A DNA stretch of 64,000 bases, taken from positions 10,218 through 74,217 of the forward strand of contig JAGOKF010000004.1 in the NCBI GenBank assembly GCA_017994695.1. The letters are read 5' to 3'. Each line of letters begins with the position of its first letter. Within the stretch, counting starts at the first letter, position 1. Below the pieces are notes generated by a model. The model saw only the letters and a list, made by a program, of their open reading frames with translations. It was not told the DNA's origin and made no database searches. Below, one piece after another: positions 63,329 to 64,000 of the stretch. Both the position numbers and the translations under genes were made by a program. Origin of the DNA: Myxococcota bacterium. Its GTDB lineage: Bacteria > Myxococcota_A > UBA9042 > DTJE01.

Positions 63329-64000
63329 CGATCCCCGTCGCCTCCCGCCAGCGCCCCCCACCAGGATCGCGCCCGTTCCGCCTCCCGGGTCTCCCCGGCG
63401 GCATCGGCCAGCCTGGCCAGCGTCCGCCAGCCCCGGGCATACCCCGGGTCCTCCTGCACCGCCATCCGGGCCCAGCGCAGGGCCTCGGCCAGCCGTCCCC
63501 GGGACTCCCACAGGACCGCCAGGTTGTGCATGGCCCGGACGTCCGACGGGTCCACCGCCAGCGCCTCCCCGTACCGCAGAATCGCCCATTCGTCCACCCC
63601 GCGACGGGCCAGGAGGTTGCCCAGGCTCCGGAGACACGAGGCCAGGAAGGCCCGGGTCCACCGGTCCGCCGACGGGACGTGGGCCATCGCCCTTCCCGAC
63701 GCGTCGATCACGGCCTCCCGGGACAGGTCTCCCCCTTCCTCTTCGCGGACCTCGAAGACCGGGAATCCCGGCTGGAACCGGCCGATCCACCCCTGGTCGA
63801 TCCGCCCTTCGCCCGGTTCCATGAAGACCGCTCCCCGGCTTCGCAAGGCAGCCACCGCCCGCTCCAGGGCCTCCCCCGGCGTCTCTCCGCCGGCCTCGAA
63901 GGGGGCGGTCTCCAGGGCCTCCCGGAAGGAACCCTCGCCAGGCCGGCCTCCCCGGGCCGCCAGGCGCCTGGCCACGGCCCGCGTGTCCCCCAGGTGCTGG
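63325..64000 (-). CDS. TPR-repeat protein, probably 5'-truncated by the window edge
   Basis: The frame stays open to base 64000; the track start at 63975 is only a GTG. C-terminal TPR-like helices (YGEALAVDPSDVRAMHNLAVLWESRGRLAEALRWARMAVQEDP). The stop overlaps the der start (ATGA). Confidence 0.5.
   Translation of the reverse strand, partial: QHLGDTRAVARRLAARGGRPGEGSFREALETAPFEAGGETPGEALERAVAALRSRGAVFMEPGEGRIDQGWIGRFQPGFPVFEVREEEGGDLSREAVIDASGRAMAHVPSADRWTRAFLASCLRSLGNLLARRGVDEWAILRYGEALAVDPSDVRAMHNLAVLWESRGRLAEALRWARMAVQEDPGYARGWRTLARLADAAGETREAERARSWWGALAGGDGDR

Overview
GC-rich bacterial chromosomal segment in which third codon positions are almost all G/C. It is densely coding on both strands. 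I support 49 protein-coding genes (two cut by the window edges), one tRNA-Val(CAC) with its own promoter and intrinsic terminator, one low-confidence small ORF and a few candidate promoters. I found no rRNA, CRISPR array, transposase, integrase or phage genes. Housekeeping content: nusA-ylxR-infB-DUF503-rbfA-truB operon, der, maf, yggS, pepD, a fused pyruvate:ferredoxin oxidoreductase with a DHOD-like partner, a DUF255 thioredoxin-fold protein and an acyl-CoA thioesterase. Accessory content: a pilB-pilT-pilC-pilS type IV pilus block, c-di-GMP parts (a PilZ protein and a PAS-GGDEF-EAL protein), three FHA proteins carrying four FHA domains, a phosphate porin plus phosphatase pair, a cysteine-rich repeat protein with a MYXO-CTERM-like tail, and a co-directional radical-SAM/MBL/MFS/GT4/GT4 cluster downstream of the tRNA. 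The FHA load, the pil gene order and the MYXO-CTERM-like tail suggest a Myxococcota-like organism, but this is inference only. Most worth a second look: (1) an FHA-fused CpaF/TadA-like ATPase homologue whose Walker A is destroyed, paired with a tandem-FHA membrane protein; (2) an FHA-coiled-coil plus PilZ operon; (3) a frame-specific coding signal for an uncalled small ORF between the B12-radical-SAM gene and the MBL gene; (4) the Cys-rich repeat protein; (5) an operon whose ribosome-binding site starts 13 nt after the tRNA-Val terminator. Many very long ORFs in the track are antisense or alternative-frame artefacts of high GC and were rejected. CDS coordinates come from the ORF-track frames. 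Start codons were chosen by SD sequence or N-terminal features and may be off. Promoter and hairpin coordinates were read by eye and may be off by 1 nt.
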